NCBI GenBank assembly: GCA_050302315.1
Contig: JBNLAV010000087.1
Location: 1,357-65,356 of the forward strand
Reading direction: 5' to 3'
Source: Desulfobacteraceae bacterium
GTDB taxonomy: Bacteria; Desulfobacterota; Desulfobacteria; Desulfobacterales; Desulfosarcinaceae
DNA: 64,000 nucleotides
The notes beneath the pieces were generated by a model. That model was not told where the DNA came from. It was given only the letters and a program-made list of their open reading frames with translations, and searched no databases. Both the position numbers and the translations under genes were made by a program. Below, in pieces: positions 48,545-57,623 of this stretch. How positions within the stretch are numbered: the stretch's first letter is position 1; every line of letters begins with the position of its first letter.

Positions 48545-49102
48545 ATGCAGTCTCTTAAAATCTTGGTCGTTGATGACGATCCGGTCACCCGTGGCCTGTT
48601 GACCAAGCGACTCGACAAAGCCGAATACGAAGTGGAGGAGGCCGAAAACGGTATCGAGGCGGTCCGCAAAATCGCCACAACGCATTATGATGTGGTGCTT
48701 ACCGACCTGATGATGCCGGGCGGCGTGGATGGTATCGGCGTCCTGGAATCGGCCAAGGAGAAAGATCTGAAAACCGAAGTGGTGCTGATTACCGCCCACG
48801 GATCCATCGACAACGCCATCGTTGCCATGAAAAAGGGGGCGGTGGATTATCTTCAAAAACCGATCAATTTCGATGAATTGTTCATTCGCCTGGAGAAGAT
48901 CCAAAACATCAAACACCTGATGAAGAACGCCAATGATTTGCGGGAAGCGATGGATGTCACCGAACAAACCTCTTCTGAAACCATCCAATCCCTGGAACTG
49001 GCGGTGGCGGATTTGGAAGATCGGTTGTCCCAGATCAAAGCGATCCTTTCGCAACAGGAGCTGGCCGCGGAGGAGCGAATCCAGAGAGCCCTGGATCAGT
49101 AA
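48545..49102 (+). CDS. Response regulator: receiver domain plus short C-terminal coiled coil (no DNA-binding domain)
   Basis: KILVVDDD..DVVLTDLMMPG..VVLITAHG..DYLQKP, then ~65 aa of helical/coiled-coil sequence. Confidence 0.85.
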   Translation: MQSLKILVVDDDPVTRGLLTKRLDKAEYEVEEAENGIEAVRKIATTHYDVVLTDLMMPGGVDGIGVLESAKEKDLKTEVVLITAHGSIDNAIVAMKKGAVDYLQKPINFDELFIRLEKIQNIKHLMKNANDLREAMDVTEQTSSETIQSLELAVADLEDRLSQIKAILSQQELAAEERIQRALDQ

Positions 49103-49548
49103 TCGACAGTTCCGTTTCATCAGCACGCTTTCGCTCCATCCGGTACACAGTCTTCATCCCCCTTCGTTGAGCCGAATTGAGTTCCTTTGGCAACCAATCG
49201 ACGGCAAGCTATCCTCCAAAATCATGCTCCATCCGAAACAATTGATGGACGACGCCGGTATCCGATTTCGCGGGTGGCACCGGCCCCGCTGCAAGCAATG
49301 CACACGGCATCACACAGCCCGGTGACGGTGCCCAGCCCCGCGGCAGACCTGATCAGGATCATTTCAGAATGAAATAAATAATGTAAGACGCCGGTAACCG
49401 CTTGCACTATTCGTCCCAACCATTTAATACTCGACATTCGGTCGTAACCCGATATGCCCTCCGCCAAAACGGTATTCGATTGTTTGCCGTCGGGTCTTGC
49501 CGTCCCGATAGGGGGCAACGCTGTTGAACATTGCCTGGGAGAGGATGA

Positions 49549-50637
49549 ATGGATCGGTTGATAGCCTTAATGAATCGAATCACCGGTATCGTCGAAAGCG
49601 ACAGCTTGCCGGCCCTGGCCATCAAAGCCGGCATTGCCGTCATCCTGGCGGTTGTGGCCTGGTTCGTGGTTAAAACCATTTTACGGATCGTCCAAAAGCG
49701 ATTGACGTCCTTCGAGTGGTTCACGGATAACAAAGCGCTCTTCGACCTGATCCGCCGGGCGCTGGGGCTGGGAATGGTGCTGTTTCTCGGAATGTACCTG
49801 ATCCAGCTCTTCCGCCTTCAAATGATCGAAAAGCTCTATCTTGCCCTGTTTGTCATACTGATCGCCGCACCGGTCAAAGGCTTTCTAGTGGTGGTCCTGA
49901 ACTACTTTGAAAAGAAGTGGGTGGCCAAGTCCGAAACCAAAGTCGACAATATTGTTTTCGATTTGCTGAACCGGTTTTCCGGAGCCATTATCTACGCCGT
50001 GGCCGTCGTCCTGGCGCTGGACATCATGGGGATCAATGTGATGCCTTTCGTTGCCGGTGCCGGTGTTTTGGGCGTGGCCATCGGTTTTGCCGCCAAGGAC
50101 ACCCTCTCCAATCTGATTGCCGGTATCCTGTTGATCATCGATCGACCGTTCGAAATCGGTGATCGCATAGAGGTGTGGAGCGCTCCGGCCGGCAGCGCCA
50201 GTTGGGGGGATGTCATCGACATCGGCCTGCGCGCCACCAAAATCAAAACCACCGATAACATCATCATCGTCATTCCCAATAACGAGATCATGAAACGCGA
50301 TATCGTCAACTACACCTTGATTTCCACCAGCATCCGCGTTCGCGTCAATATTGGCGTGGCCTATGACGCCGATATCGATCTGGCCAAAAAAATCGTCCTG
50401 AAAGTAGCCGACGGTGTGGAGTGGGTACAGGACCAACCGGCTCCCAAAGTCGTGGTGCGCAATTTCGGCGAATCATCGGTGGATCTGCAATTGCGAGTGT
50501 GGATAAAGGATGCACGGCAGCGGATGAATACCATTTCCACCATCACGGACGGCGTCAAGACCGCATTTGACAAGGCCAATATTGAAATCCCCTATCCCAA
50601 ACGCGATATTCACATCACCCAGGCTGACAAAGCGTGA
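49549..50637 (+). CDS. Mechanosensitive ion channel (MscS family)
   Basis: GVLGVAIGFAAKDTLSNLIAGILLIIDRPFEIGDRIEV is the MscS TM3/beta-domain signature. Confidence 0.9.
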   Translation: MDRLIALMNRITGIVESDSLPALAIKAGIAVILAVVAWFVVKTILRIVQKRLTSFEWFTDNKALFDLIRRALGLGMVLFLGMYLIQLFRLQMIEKLYLALFVILIAAPVKGFLVVVLNYFEKKWVAKSETKVDNIVFDLLNRFSGAIIYAVAVVLALDIMGINVMPFVAGAGVLGVAIGFAAKDTLSNLIAGILLIIDRPFEIGDRIEVWSAPAGSASWGDVIDIGLRATKIKTTDNIIIVIPNNEIMKRDIVNYTLISTSIRVRVNIGVAYDADIDLAKKIVLKVADGVEWVQDQPAPKVVVRNFGESSVDLQLRVWIKDARQRMNTISTITDGVKTAFDKANIEIPYPKRDIHITQADKA

Positions 50638-50657
50638 CAAAGCGCCTTCGCTGAATG

Positions 50658-51455
50658 CTATGCGCCCTTAATGTCGGCGAGTTCAATGTCCACCGGTTTT
50701 CGGAGGATTATCTGTGCGGTCTTTTTGAATTGATCGGCGGTATCGGTGACATAGATCCGGCAAGGTCCGCCGTCCGAAGCCGATGTATGCGACTCGCAGC
50801 GTTGGGAAGAAAGGTGGTGGCGGACCTGTGCGGCAATCGCCTCGGCAGAGTCCACCAGCCGAACCCGGTTCCCGATCTTGCGTTGGATGACGCTGCGCAA
50901 AACCGGGTAGTGGGTGCATCCCAGGATCAGGGTATCGATTTGCCGGTTTTTAAGCGGCGCCAGATATTTGCGAACGATCATTGCCGTTTCCGGCCTTTTC
51001 AGCCATCCCTCTTCCACCAGAGGAACCAGCATGGGACAGGCAGCCGCCACCACCTTGGCGTCGGGCCGCAGCTCCCGTATTTTTTTCTCGTAACTCCCGC
51101 TGGAAATCGTCGCCCGCGTTCCGATGACGCCGATACGCATCTTCCGGGAGCGTTCAAGCGCCAATCGCGCGCCGGGTCCGATTACTTCGAACACCGGTAT
51201 CTGCAGCCTGGACCGCAGCGCATCGTAGGCATAGCTGGACGCAGAGTTACAGGCAATCACAATCATGTCCGCACCGCGTCGTATCAGAAATTCCACATTG
51301 TTGAGTGAGTATTGGATGATGGTATCGCGGCTTTTACTTCCATATGGGGTACGGGCCGTATCTCCAAGGTAGATGATCTGCCGATCGGGCAGCAGATCCA
51401 TCAATGCGCGAACCACGGTCAGCCCGCCTATACCCGAATCAAACACGCCGATCAT
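50658..51455 (-). CDS. murI: Glutamate racemase
   Basis: IGVFDSGIGGLTV..YLGDTARTPYG..VIACNSAS..LILGCTHYP. Confidence 0.95.
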   Translation of the reverse strand: MIGVFDSGIGGLTVVRALMDLLPDRQIIYLGDTARTPYGSKSRDTIIQYSLNNVEFLIRRGADMIVIACNSASSYAYDALRSRLQIPVFEVIGPGARLALERSRKMRIGVIGTRATISSGSYEKKIRELRPDAKVVAAACPMLVPLVEEGWLKRPETAMIVRKYLAPLKNRQIDTLILGCTHYPVLRSVIQRKIGNRVRLVDSAEAIAAQVRHHLSSQRCESHTSASDGGPCRIYVTDTADQFKKTAQIILRKPVDIELADIKGA

Positions 51456-51477
51456 GAGGTTTCCAAATCTTCTCGGA

Positions 51478-51876
51478 TTATCCGCAGGACATTTTGCCCA
51501 GGGATTTGCAGACGAAGTCCTTCAGCTTCCGCTTGTCGATTTCCGTCCGGATCCCGGGGCAGACGCTGGACATGATTTGCCAGTTGCCGATGTCCTTGAG
51601 CAGGCTGTCGATGAACGGCCACTTGCGGCACATGGCGGGTTTAATGGCGTGGATGGTGCAATTGCGGTCAAAGAAGATGCAAAATCCGTCTTCCCGCTGG
51701 GCGAGCACATGTCGTTTGCCCGACGGCGCGCAGTAGCGCTGCTTGAACGTCGCCAGCGGGATGTCCAGGTGGGCGGCAATGGCCGCCATATCCTCTTGGG
51801 TCAGATAGGTTCCGCCAAACCCTTTGCAGCAATCTCCGCACTGGGTGCATTGGAAAAAATCGCGATCAGATCCCAT
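51478..51876 (-). CDS. YkgJ-family cysteine-cluster protein (UPF0153)
   Basis: FQCTQCGDCCKGFGG..CIFFD..C.IH..KPAMCRKWPF pattern. Confidence 0.75.
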   Translation of the reverse strand: MGSDRDFFQCTQCGDCCKGFGGTYLTQEDMAAIAAHLDIPLATFKQRYCAPSGKRHVLAQREDGFCIFFDRNCTIHAIKPAMCRKWPFIDSLLKDIGNWQIMSSVCPGIRTEIDKRKLKDFVCKSLGKMSCG

Positions 51877-52465
51877 GCCGGCTCTCCATTGCGCATTTGA
51901 GCGTCATCTGATCGATATACTTCAAATCGCCGCCCACCGGCACACCGGTGGCGATGCGCGATACTTTGACGCCGGACGGCACGATCTGCCGTGCGATATA
52001 GTCTGCCGTGGACTCTCCTTCCACGCCGGTCCCGGTGGCAAGGATGACCTCCTCGACCACGCCTTTGGCCAGTCGCTGTCGAAGCTCATTCATCCGCAAC
52101 TCCTGGGGACCGATGCCCTCCATTGGAGAGAGCACGCCACCGAGAATGTGGTAAAGCCCGCTGAAGGCGCCCGATTTTTCTATGGAGACCATATCGGCCG
52201 GTTGTTCGACAACGCAAAGCAGATGTTGATCCCGGGATTCGTCCTGACAGATGTGACACCGCGGCGTATCGCTCAGCGCGTAGCACATGTCGCACAGCTT
52301 GATCTTCTCTTTCACCGCCAGAATACTGTTGGCCAGTTGCTCGGCCTCGGCAAGGGGCTTACGCAGGATATGGATGGCCAGCCTTTCGGCCGTCTTTTCT
52401 CCCACCCCCGGCAGTCTGGCCAGATTTCGAATCAGGGTGCGAATGGACGGTGGATAGTGGTGCAT
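51866..52465 (-). CDS. recR: Recombination protein RecR
   Basis: LPGVGEKTAERLA, zinc finger CDMCYALSDTPRCHIC, Toprim VVEQPADM..ATGTGVEGESTA. Confidence 0.96.
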   Translation of the reverse strand: MHHYPPSIRTLIRNLARLPGVGEKTAERLAIHILRKPLAEAEQLANSILAVKEKIKLCDMCYALSDTPRCHICQDESRDQHLLCVVEQPADMVSIEKSGAFSGLYHILGGVLSPMEGIGPQELRMNELRQRLAKGVVEEVILATGTGVEGESTADYIARQIVPSGVKVSRIATGVPVGGDLKYIDQMTLKCAMESRHGI

Positions 52466-52474
52466 GGCGCGTCC

Positions 52475-52786
52475 TTACATCAAACCGGGAATGTTCATAC
52501 CGCCGGTCAGCTTTCCCATTTCTGCGGCAACCATTTCCTGGGCTTTGTTGAGGGCATCATTGACAGCGGCCAGCACCAAGTCCTGCAGCATCTCCACATC
52601 TTCAGGATCGACGACCTCTTTGTCGATGGTGATGGAAATAATTTGCTGGCGCCCGTTGGCCACCACACTGATCATGCCGCCGCCGGCGGTTGTTTCAACC
52701 GTCCTTTCGGCCAGTTCTTCCTGCATCTTGAGCATTTTGGATTGAAGCTTCTGCGCCTGCTTCATCATGTTTCCCATACCCTTCAT
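52475..52786 (-). CDS. ybaB: Nucleoid-associated protein YbaB/EbfC
   Basis: [51 protein letters not shown]. Confidence 0.93.
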   Translation of the reverse strand: MKGMGNMMKQAQKLQSKMLKMQEELAERTVETTAGGGMISVVANGRQQIISITIDKEVVDPEDVEMLQDLVLAAVNDALNKAQEMVAAEMGKLTGGMNIPGLM

Positions 52787-52798
52787 AGGTCACTCCTC

Positions 52799-54436
52799 CT
52801 AAGACACTTTAATGTCAATCACCCTGCCGTCAAACAGCTCAAGAGCCTCCATCACAAGGGGATGGCCCATGGCCTCTTGCTTCAGCTGGCTGATCTTTTG
52901 TTTCTTTTTTTTTTTCACGGCCTGATCTTCGAAATTGGCCTTTATCTTCAACGAAACGGGTTGATCCATGTAGGCGCTGCATTGCGCTTCGATGGCCTTT
53001 TGGTGCTTTTTGATATTTTTGAGTGTGAACGCATTGCCCCTGACCTCGAGTTCCAGCTGTCCCTCTGCTCCGTAGCGCAGCGAACACTTGCCGAGGAACC
53101 CGGCAAGGGACGGTTTCTGATCGGAAATCTCCCGCACGATGCTGCTCCAGACCGCACCGATATCTTCGACCGGACGGGTGCCCTTGTCGGGCTTCGCTTC
53201 CATCTGTGCCTGGGGAGCGCTTTGAGCCGCCTCTTTCCGGACACTGACCTCAGACGGATGTTCAACACGATCCGAAAGGGCTGGATGCCTTCCCACTTTG
53301 TCCTGCAGCTGGTCAAGATGCTCGATGAGGCTATCGATCGGCAAGGTGGGGGCTGTCTGGAAGAGTTTCATGAACACCATCTCCAGTCCCAGTCTCGGTT
53401 GACTGGAAAATTTGATGGTCGCTTCGGCGTGAAACAGCGCATCAAAGACCTGCAGGAGATAACTGGCCGATACCGGTTCCACCTGTTCGCGCATCTGGTC
53501 TATCTCGTGCTTGGGCAGGTCCGCCAGTTGGGCGGTCTGGGGCCCCTGCTTCACCAGTGTCAGGTGGTGAAAATGGACCACCAGATCTGAGTAGAAGCGT
53601 TTGATCTCATAGCCGTTGCGCCACACCGCGTCGATACCCTCCAGAACCTTCTGCAGATTTCCTTCGAACACCGCCTGGGAGAGATCGAACAGATGCTTCG
53701 CGTCCACCACGCCAAGCAGCTCGCTGATCAGGTCGGCGGTCACAGGCCCCTTTGCGCACGCCAGTACATGATCCAGCAGGCTCAAACTGTCCCGCATGCT
53801 CCCGCCGGCCTCCCTGGCGATCAGGGAAAGGCTCACATCGTCAATCTCCACCGATTCCGACGCACAGATGAATTTGAGATGATCGGCAATGGCCTGCCCA
53901 TCGATTCTCCTCAAATCGTGCCGCTGGCAGCGCGATAAAATGGTGATGGGAATTTTGTGCACCTCGGTGGTGGCGAACATGAACATGATATGCTCGGGGG
54001 GTTCCTCCAACGTCTTCAAAAGCGCATTGAAAGCCGCCAGACTGAGCATGTGCACTTCGTCGATGATATATATCTTGTAGCGGCTGTGCACCGGCATGTA
54101 CTTCAGATTTTCACGCAGCTCCCGCACCTGATCCACACTGTTGTTGGATGCGCCGTCAATTTCGAAGACATCCGCCGAACTGCCGGCGGTGATCTCCTCG
54201 CATGACTGGCACGCATTGCACGGCTGGGCTGTCGGCCCCTGAGCACAGTTCATCGCCTTGGCCAGGATCCGAGCCACGGTGGTTTTCCCGGTTCCGCGAG
54301 GTCCGGAGAAAAGCATGGCATGCGCCACTCGCCCGGCCGCGATAGCGTTGGCCAACGTTCGCGTCACGTGGGACTGCTGTACCACCTGATCGAATGTCTG
54401 GGGCCTGTATTTACGTGCAAAAACGAGATAACTCAT
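52799..54436 (-). CDS. dnaX: DNA polymerase III subunit gamma/tau
   Basis: ATG at 54436 gives MSYLVFARKYRPQTFDQVVQQSHV. GPRGTGKTT, zinc module CNACQSC, IIDEVHML. Confidence 0.95.
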   Translation of the reverse strand: MSYLVFARKYRPQTFDQVVQQSHVTRTLANAIAAGRVAHAMLFSGPRGTGKTTVARILAKAMNCAQGPTAQPCNACQSCEEITAGSSADVFEIDGASNNSVDQVRELRENLKYMPVHSRYKIYIIDEVHMLSLAAFNALLKTLEEPPEHIMFMFATTEVHKIPITILSRCQRHDLRRIDGQAIADHLKFICASESVEIDDVSLSLIAREAGGSMRDSLSLLDHVLACAKGPVTADLISELLGVVDAKHLFDLSQAVFEGNLQKVLEGIDAVWRNGYEIKRFYSDLVVHFHHLTLVKQGPQTAQLADLPKHEIDQMREQVEPVSASYLLQVFDALFHAEATIKFSSQPRLGLEMVFMKLFQTAPTLPIDSLIEHLDQLQDKVGRHPALSDRVEHPSEVSVRKEAAQSAPQAQMEAKPDKGTRPVEDIGAVWSSIVREISDQKPSLAGFLGKCSLRYGAEGQLELEVRGNAFTLKNIKKHQKAIEAQCSAYMDQPVSLKIKANFEDQAVKKKKKQKISQLKQEAMGHPLVMEALELFDGRVIDIKVS

Positions 54437-54569
54437 CACCGGTTCCTCGGGGACCATTGTTCCGCCCCTTATAGCGCACCTGCGCCATCGGCGCAAGAAA
54501 GGCTGATGCCCTACCCGGCATCTTCAAACCAGGCGGTGAACAGACTGGGGATTGCACACTGAGGGAAGG

Positions 54570-54663
54570 TGGCGGAGAGAGAGGGATTCGAACCCTCGGT
54601 GCCGCTATAAACGACACACACGATTTCCAGTCGTGCTCCTTCAGCCAACTCGGACATCTCTCC
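54570..54663 (-). tRNA. tRNA-Ser (anticodon GGA), CCA encoded
   Basis: Minus strand GGAGAGATGTCCGAGTTGGCTGAAGGAGCACGACTGGAAATCGTG..long variable arm..GGTTCGAATCCCTCTCTCTCCGCCA. The acceptor stem pairs, the T-loop is GGTTCGAATCC and the anticodon loop is CT-GGA-AA. Confidence 0.9.
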
Positions 54664-54738
54664 GCATGGGTGAAACCTTTCAACACGGATGATCGGAAAG
54701 TCTCCAGCGCTTTCTTCGGGTGGCGTTCTGCCGAAAAG

Positions 54739-54830
54739 TGGCGGAGAGGGTGGGATTCGAACCCACGATCCCGGGTAAACGGGATACCGCTTTTCGAGAG
54801 CGGGGCCTTCAGCCACTCGGCAACCTCTCC
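54739..54830 (-). tRNA. tRNA-Ser (anticodon CGA), CCA encoded
   Basis: Minus strand GGAGAGGTTGCCGAGTGGCTGAAGGCCCCGCTCTCGAAAAGCGG..variable arm..GGTTCGAATCCCACCCTCTCCGCCA. The anticodon loop is CT-CGA-AA. Confidence 0.9.
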
Positions 54831-54911
54831 ATACCCGGTCCTTGTCCAACATCCAGTTGGAATTGGGCTACATACCGCGTTTGGTTATGGGTGTCAATAT
54901 GGATAGTTTAA

Positions 54912-55210
54912 AGATTCACCAGCGCCCCCGGGTTTGCACCCGGGGCTATATTCATCGGCCCCTTCAGGGCCGTAAGGATTAAGCACCGTAGGTTAAGTTG
55001 AACACAGCGAAGCCCAACATCATTGACTTGCTGGAACAGGTCGGCACGGAGGCCGACCCTACGCTTGGCCTGGCCAGCATTGCTGCCGATCCGAAAAGGC
55101 CAATGCATCAACCCATTGCCCCATGCCTCCGAAGGAGGCACAGATTACAGCCCCGGGTGTCAACCCGGGGAATCTTGTGCACCAAAGATCAAGCTCCGAA
55201 GGAGCGACAG
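54912..55210. repeat. Intergenic element bounded by inverted copies of a CCCCGGGT-N4-ACCCGGGG hairpin, next to tRNA-Ser
   Basis: Hairpins at 54926-54945 (ccccgggtttgcacccgggg) and 55151-55170 (ccccgggtgtcaacccgggg), whose flanks are in inverted orientation. Two ctccgaaggag mini-hairpins lie at 55125-55139 and 55193-55205. Confidence 0.65.
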
Positions 55211-55219
55211 AACTGAAAA

Positions 55220-55951
55220 TTAAGGTTCCACCATCTCCTCCACCGCCTTTGTATACCGGCCGTCGGATTCATAGATCGCCAGGGGCGCCGCAACCACAAG
55301 CCCCGGCCGGCCGCGCATCTTCCCTTTCACTACCGCCAGTTTAGCTGTTTCGCCGGCGCGGGAATGGATGCTCTGAAGCCATTTGGGTTCTATGCCGGCG
55401 GAGCGCATTTCGCCGAACAGATCCACCATCCGCTGCGCCGGATAGATAATGGCGAATCGGCCGCCGGTTTTCAAGAAACGGCGGCAGACCGACATGAGAT
55501 CACGCAGTCGCAAATGGATTTCGTGGCGCGCCACAGCGCGCTGCCGATTGGGATTCATCCGTCCGCTGTTGGCCGATCGATACGGCGGATTGCTGACGAT
55601 CCAATCGACAGGACTTTCGATGACGCCGGGTTGCAGGGTGCGCATGTCCTGGTGATGGATCTCCACCCTCTTTTGCATCTGATTGGCGGCCACATTCCGG
55701 ACCGCGAGCCTGGCCAACGCCTCCTGCAGTTCAACCCCCACGAAATTGGTGTCGGGATGACGGTAGGCCATCAGAATCGGTACCACGCCGCATCCGGTCC
55801 CCAAATCCATGACGACCTCTCCGGGTTTGGGATGGACCGCGGCCGCAAGAAGGATGGCATCGATGGAGAAGCGATAGCCATGCCGGCTCTGGCAAACCTC
55901 GACCCGACCGTTGAAGAAGGTATCAGTGGTCGTGTCGTTTTCACAGCGCAA
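55220..55951 (-). CDS. SAM-dependent methyltransferase, tRNA (adenine-N6)-methyltransferase TrmN6/YfiC-like
   Basis: GYRFSIDAILLAA, VMDLGTGCGVVPI, IVSNPPYR (N6-adenine MTase motif IV). No in-frame ATG lies nearby, so I propose TTG at 55951, 9 nt after AAGGGGG. The start is uncertain. Confidence 0.7.
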   Translation of the reverse strand: MRCENDTTTDTFFNGRVEVCQSRHGYRFSIDAILLAAAVHPKPGEVVMDLGTGCGVVPILMAYRHPDTNFVGVELQEALARLAVRNVAANQMQKRVEIHHQDMRTLQPGVIESPVDWIVSNPPYRSANSGRMNPNRQRAVARHEIHLRLRDLMSVCRRFLKTGGRFAIIYPAQRMVDLFGEMRSAGIEPKWLQSIHSRAGETAKLAVVKGKMRGRPGLVVAAPLAIYESDGRYTKAVEEMVEP

Positions 55952-55992
55952 TGCCCTCAGCCCCCTTTCCGAGTCTGGTCCTCCGTGGTTGT

Positions 55993-56310
55993 CTACACCG
56001 GTCCAATTTTGAATTGGAGTTTCTGGACCTCGCCCTGGCCGCCCATCGCGTCGTTCAATTTGGCCATCAGGTCCATCTCCATGAACCGCAGATGGTGCAG
56101 CCAGGTGGAGTTGGAGACATGCACCAGCAAGGTCTTCCCTTTGAAAGCCGCCGGGCTCGCATTGGCGGCGATACGATCGCCCACCGCGTCTTTCCACAAA
56201 TCCCACACCCGCAGCAAAGATGGATCGCTCATGGGACGATATTGGGGGAGCACCGTGTTGAGGACATCGCCGATATTGGAAAAATTCTTGTTTTGTCTAC
56301 GTTTTTTCAT
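55993..56310 (-). CDS. DUF721/DciA-family protein
   Basis: 105 aa. GDVLNTVL..LLRVWDLWKDAVGDRIAANASPAAFKGKTLLVHVSNSTWLHHLRFMEMDLMAKLN is the typical DUF721 pattern. Confidence 0.7.
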   Translation of the reverse strand: MKKRRQNKNFSNIGDVLNTVLPQYRPMSDPSLLRVWDLWKDAVGDRIAANASPAAFKGKTLLVHVSNSTWLHHLRFMEMDLMAKLNDAMGGQGEVQKLQFKIGPV

Positions 56311-56400
56311 TTTTTTTGATCAGCCGCAGCCAGTGCCATCCACCGATGAATGGGACGTATCGGCCGGGCGCTGCTCTGTCCAATGCGCACCTGAATTTCC

Positions 56401-56429
56401 TTGACTTCACATACCCTCCGACTTAGAGT
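56401..56429 (+). promoter_or_regulatory. Candidate sigma70-type promoter for hflKC
   Basis: TTGACT (56401-56406), 17-nt spacer, TAGAGT (56424-56429). Confidence 0.3.
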
Positions 56430-56588
56430 ATAGCCGAATTAAAAACAAGTTGATTTTACAGAAAATCAGAGCGACAACCACGAAAAACGCCATTCTTGAG
56501 CCCACCAACCGATAGCGGCACGACGTCGGGGGCTTTCACGAGTTGTTTTCCAGATGAACCATAAAAAAGAGAAACAGGTGAAAAAACT

Positions 56589-57623
56589 ATGGCATGGGAT
56601 TGGGAAAAGCTGAACCAGCAGCAGCGACAGCAAAAAGGTGGACCGCCGCCTCAGGTAGATGAAATTTTGAAGCAATTTAAAAATCTTAAGTTCCCCGGAG
56701 GGCCACTGATTGTCATCATCGTTCTGGTATTGATGATATCCGTAACGATGGTCTACAAGATCGCCCAGGACGAAGTCGGTGTGGTCCAGCGCTTTGGCGC
56801 CTATGTCCGTTTGGAGCAGCCAGGCCTGAATTTCAAACTTCCGATCGGCATCGAAAAGGTGACCAAAGTCAATGTGCTCGGTGTCCGAACGGCCGAATTC
56901 GGTTTCAAGTCCGCACCGCAGAATGCACGCTCCAGGTTTTCCGGAGAGCAGGATATTCCGGACGTTTCATTGATGCTCACTGGCGATCTGAACATCGCCA
57001 TAGTGCCGTGGATCGTCCAGTATCGTGTCAAGTCTCCGGAGGATTACCTCTTTAATGTGCGTAAAGTCGATCTGCTGCTGATCGACATGGCTGAAGCTTC
57101 CATGCGCCTGGTGGTTGGAGATCGCAGCGTCGACGAGGTTATCAACCGGCGCGAGGAGATCGCCGACGAAGCCAAGGTGATCCTTCAGAAAGAGCTGGAC
57201 GAAGCCAAGGCGGGTATCAACATCGTCAACATCGAGATGAAGAGAACCAACGTCCCAAGGCCGGTGCAACCCTCGCTCAACGAGGTCAACCAGGCCACTC
57301 AGGAAAAGGAGCAGATGATTTACAAGGCCAATGAGGAGTACAACAAAGCGATTCCGGCGGCACGGGGAGAGGCCGAGCAGATCATAAAGGGGGCCGAGGG
57401 GTATGCCCTGGACCGCGTCAACCGCGCCAAAGGTGACGCCTCCCGCTTCAATGCCATTTATATGGAGTATGTCAAGGCAAAGGATGTCACCAAGCGCCGA
57501 TTGTACCTGGAGGCGATGGCCGAGTTGCTGCCCAAACTGGGGCAAAAGTATATCGTGGATTCGGACATGAACAATCTGTTGCCCATGCTCAACCTGGGAA
57601 AGGAGTTCGGTGTAACCAAATGA
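56589..57623 (+). CDS. hflK: FtsH protease modulator HflK
   Basis: SPFH/band-7 domain with a Gln-rich N-terminus and a TM. Followed by overlapping hflC. Confidence 0.9.
   Translation: MAWDWEKLNQQQRQQKGGPPPQVDEILKQFKNLKFPGGPLIVIIVLVLMISVTMVYKIAQDEVGVVQRFGAYVRLEQPGLNFKLPIGIEKVTKVNVLGVRTAEFGFKSAPQNARSRFSGEQDIPDVSLMLTGDLNIAIVPWIVQYRVKSPEDYLFNVRKVDLLLIDMAEASMRLVVGDRSVDEVINRREEIADEAKVILQKELDEAKAGINIVNIEMKRTNVPRPVQPSLNEVNQATQEKEQMIYKANEEYNKAIPAARGEAEQIIKGAEGYALDRVNRAKGDASRFNAIYMEYVKAKDVTKRRLYLEAMAELLPKLGQKYIVDSDMNNLLPMLNLGKEFGVTK

Noticed and set aside
54437-54569. Possible SRP (4.5S, ffs) RNA in the 133-nt gap between tRNA-Ser(GGA) and dnaX, a position where ffs sits in many bacteria.
   Set aside because: The minus-strand sequence forms two short hairpins (gatgcc-gggtag-ggcatc and tgcgcc-gat-ggcgca) rather than one long helix. 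I could not find the conserved domain-IV pattern of a GNRA tetraloop flanked by AGG..AGCA-type loops. An Infernal scan would settle it.
55952-56206. The N-terminal extension of the methyltransferase ORF (tracked 55220-56206).
   Set aside because: The extension overlaps the DUF721/DciA gene (55993-56310) in another frame and is Gly/Arg-rich junk. The methyltransferase fold begins near residue 90 of the tracked ORF.
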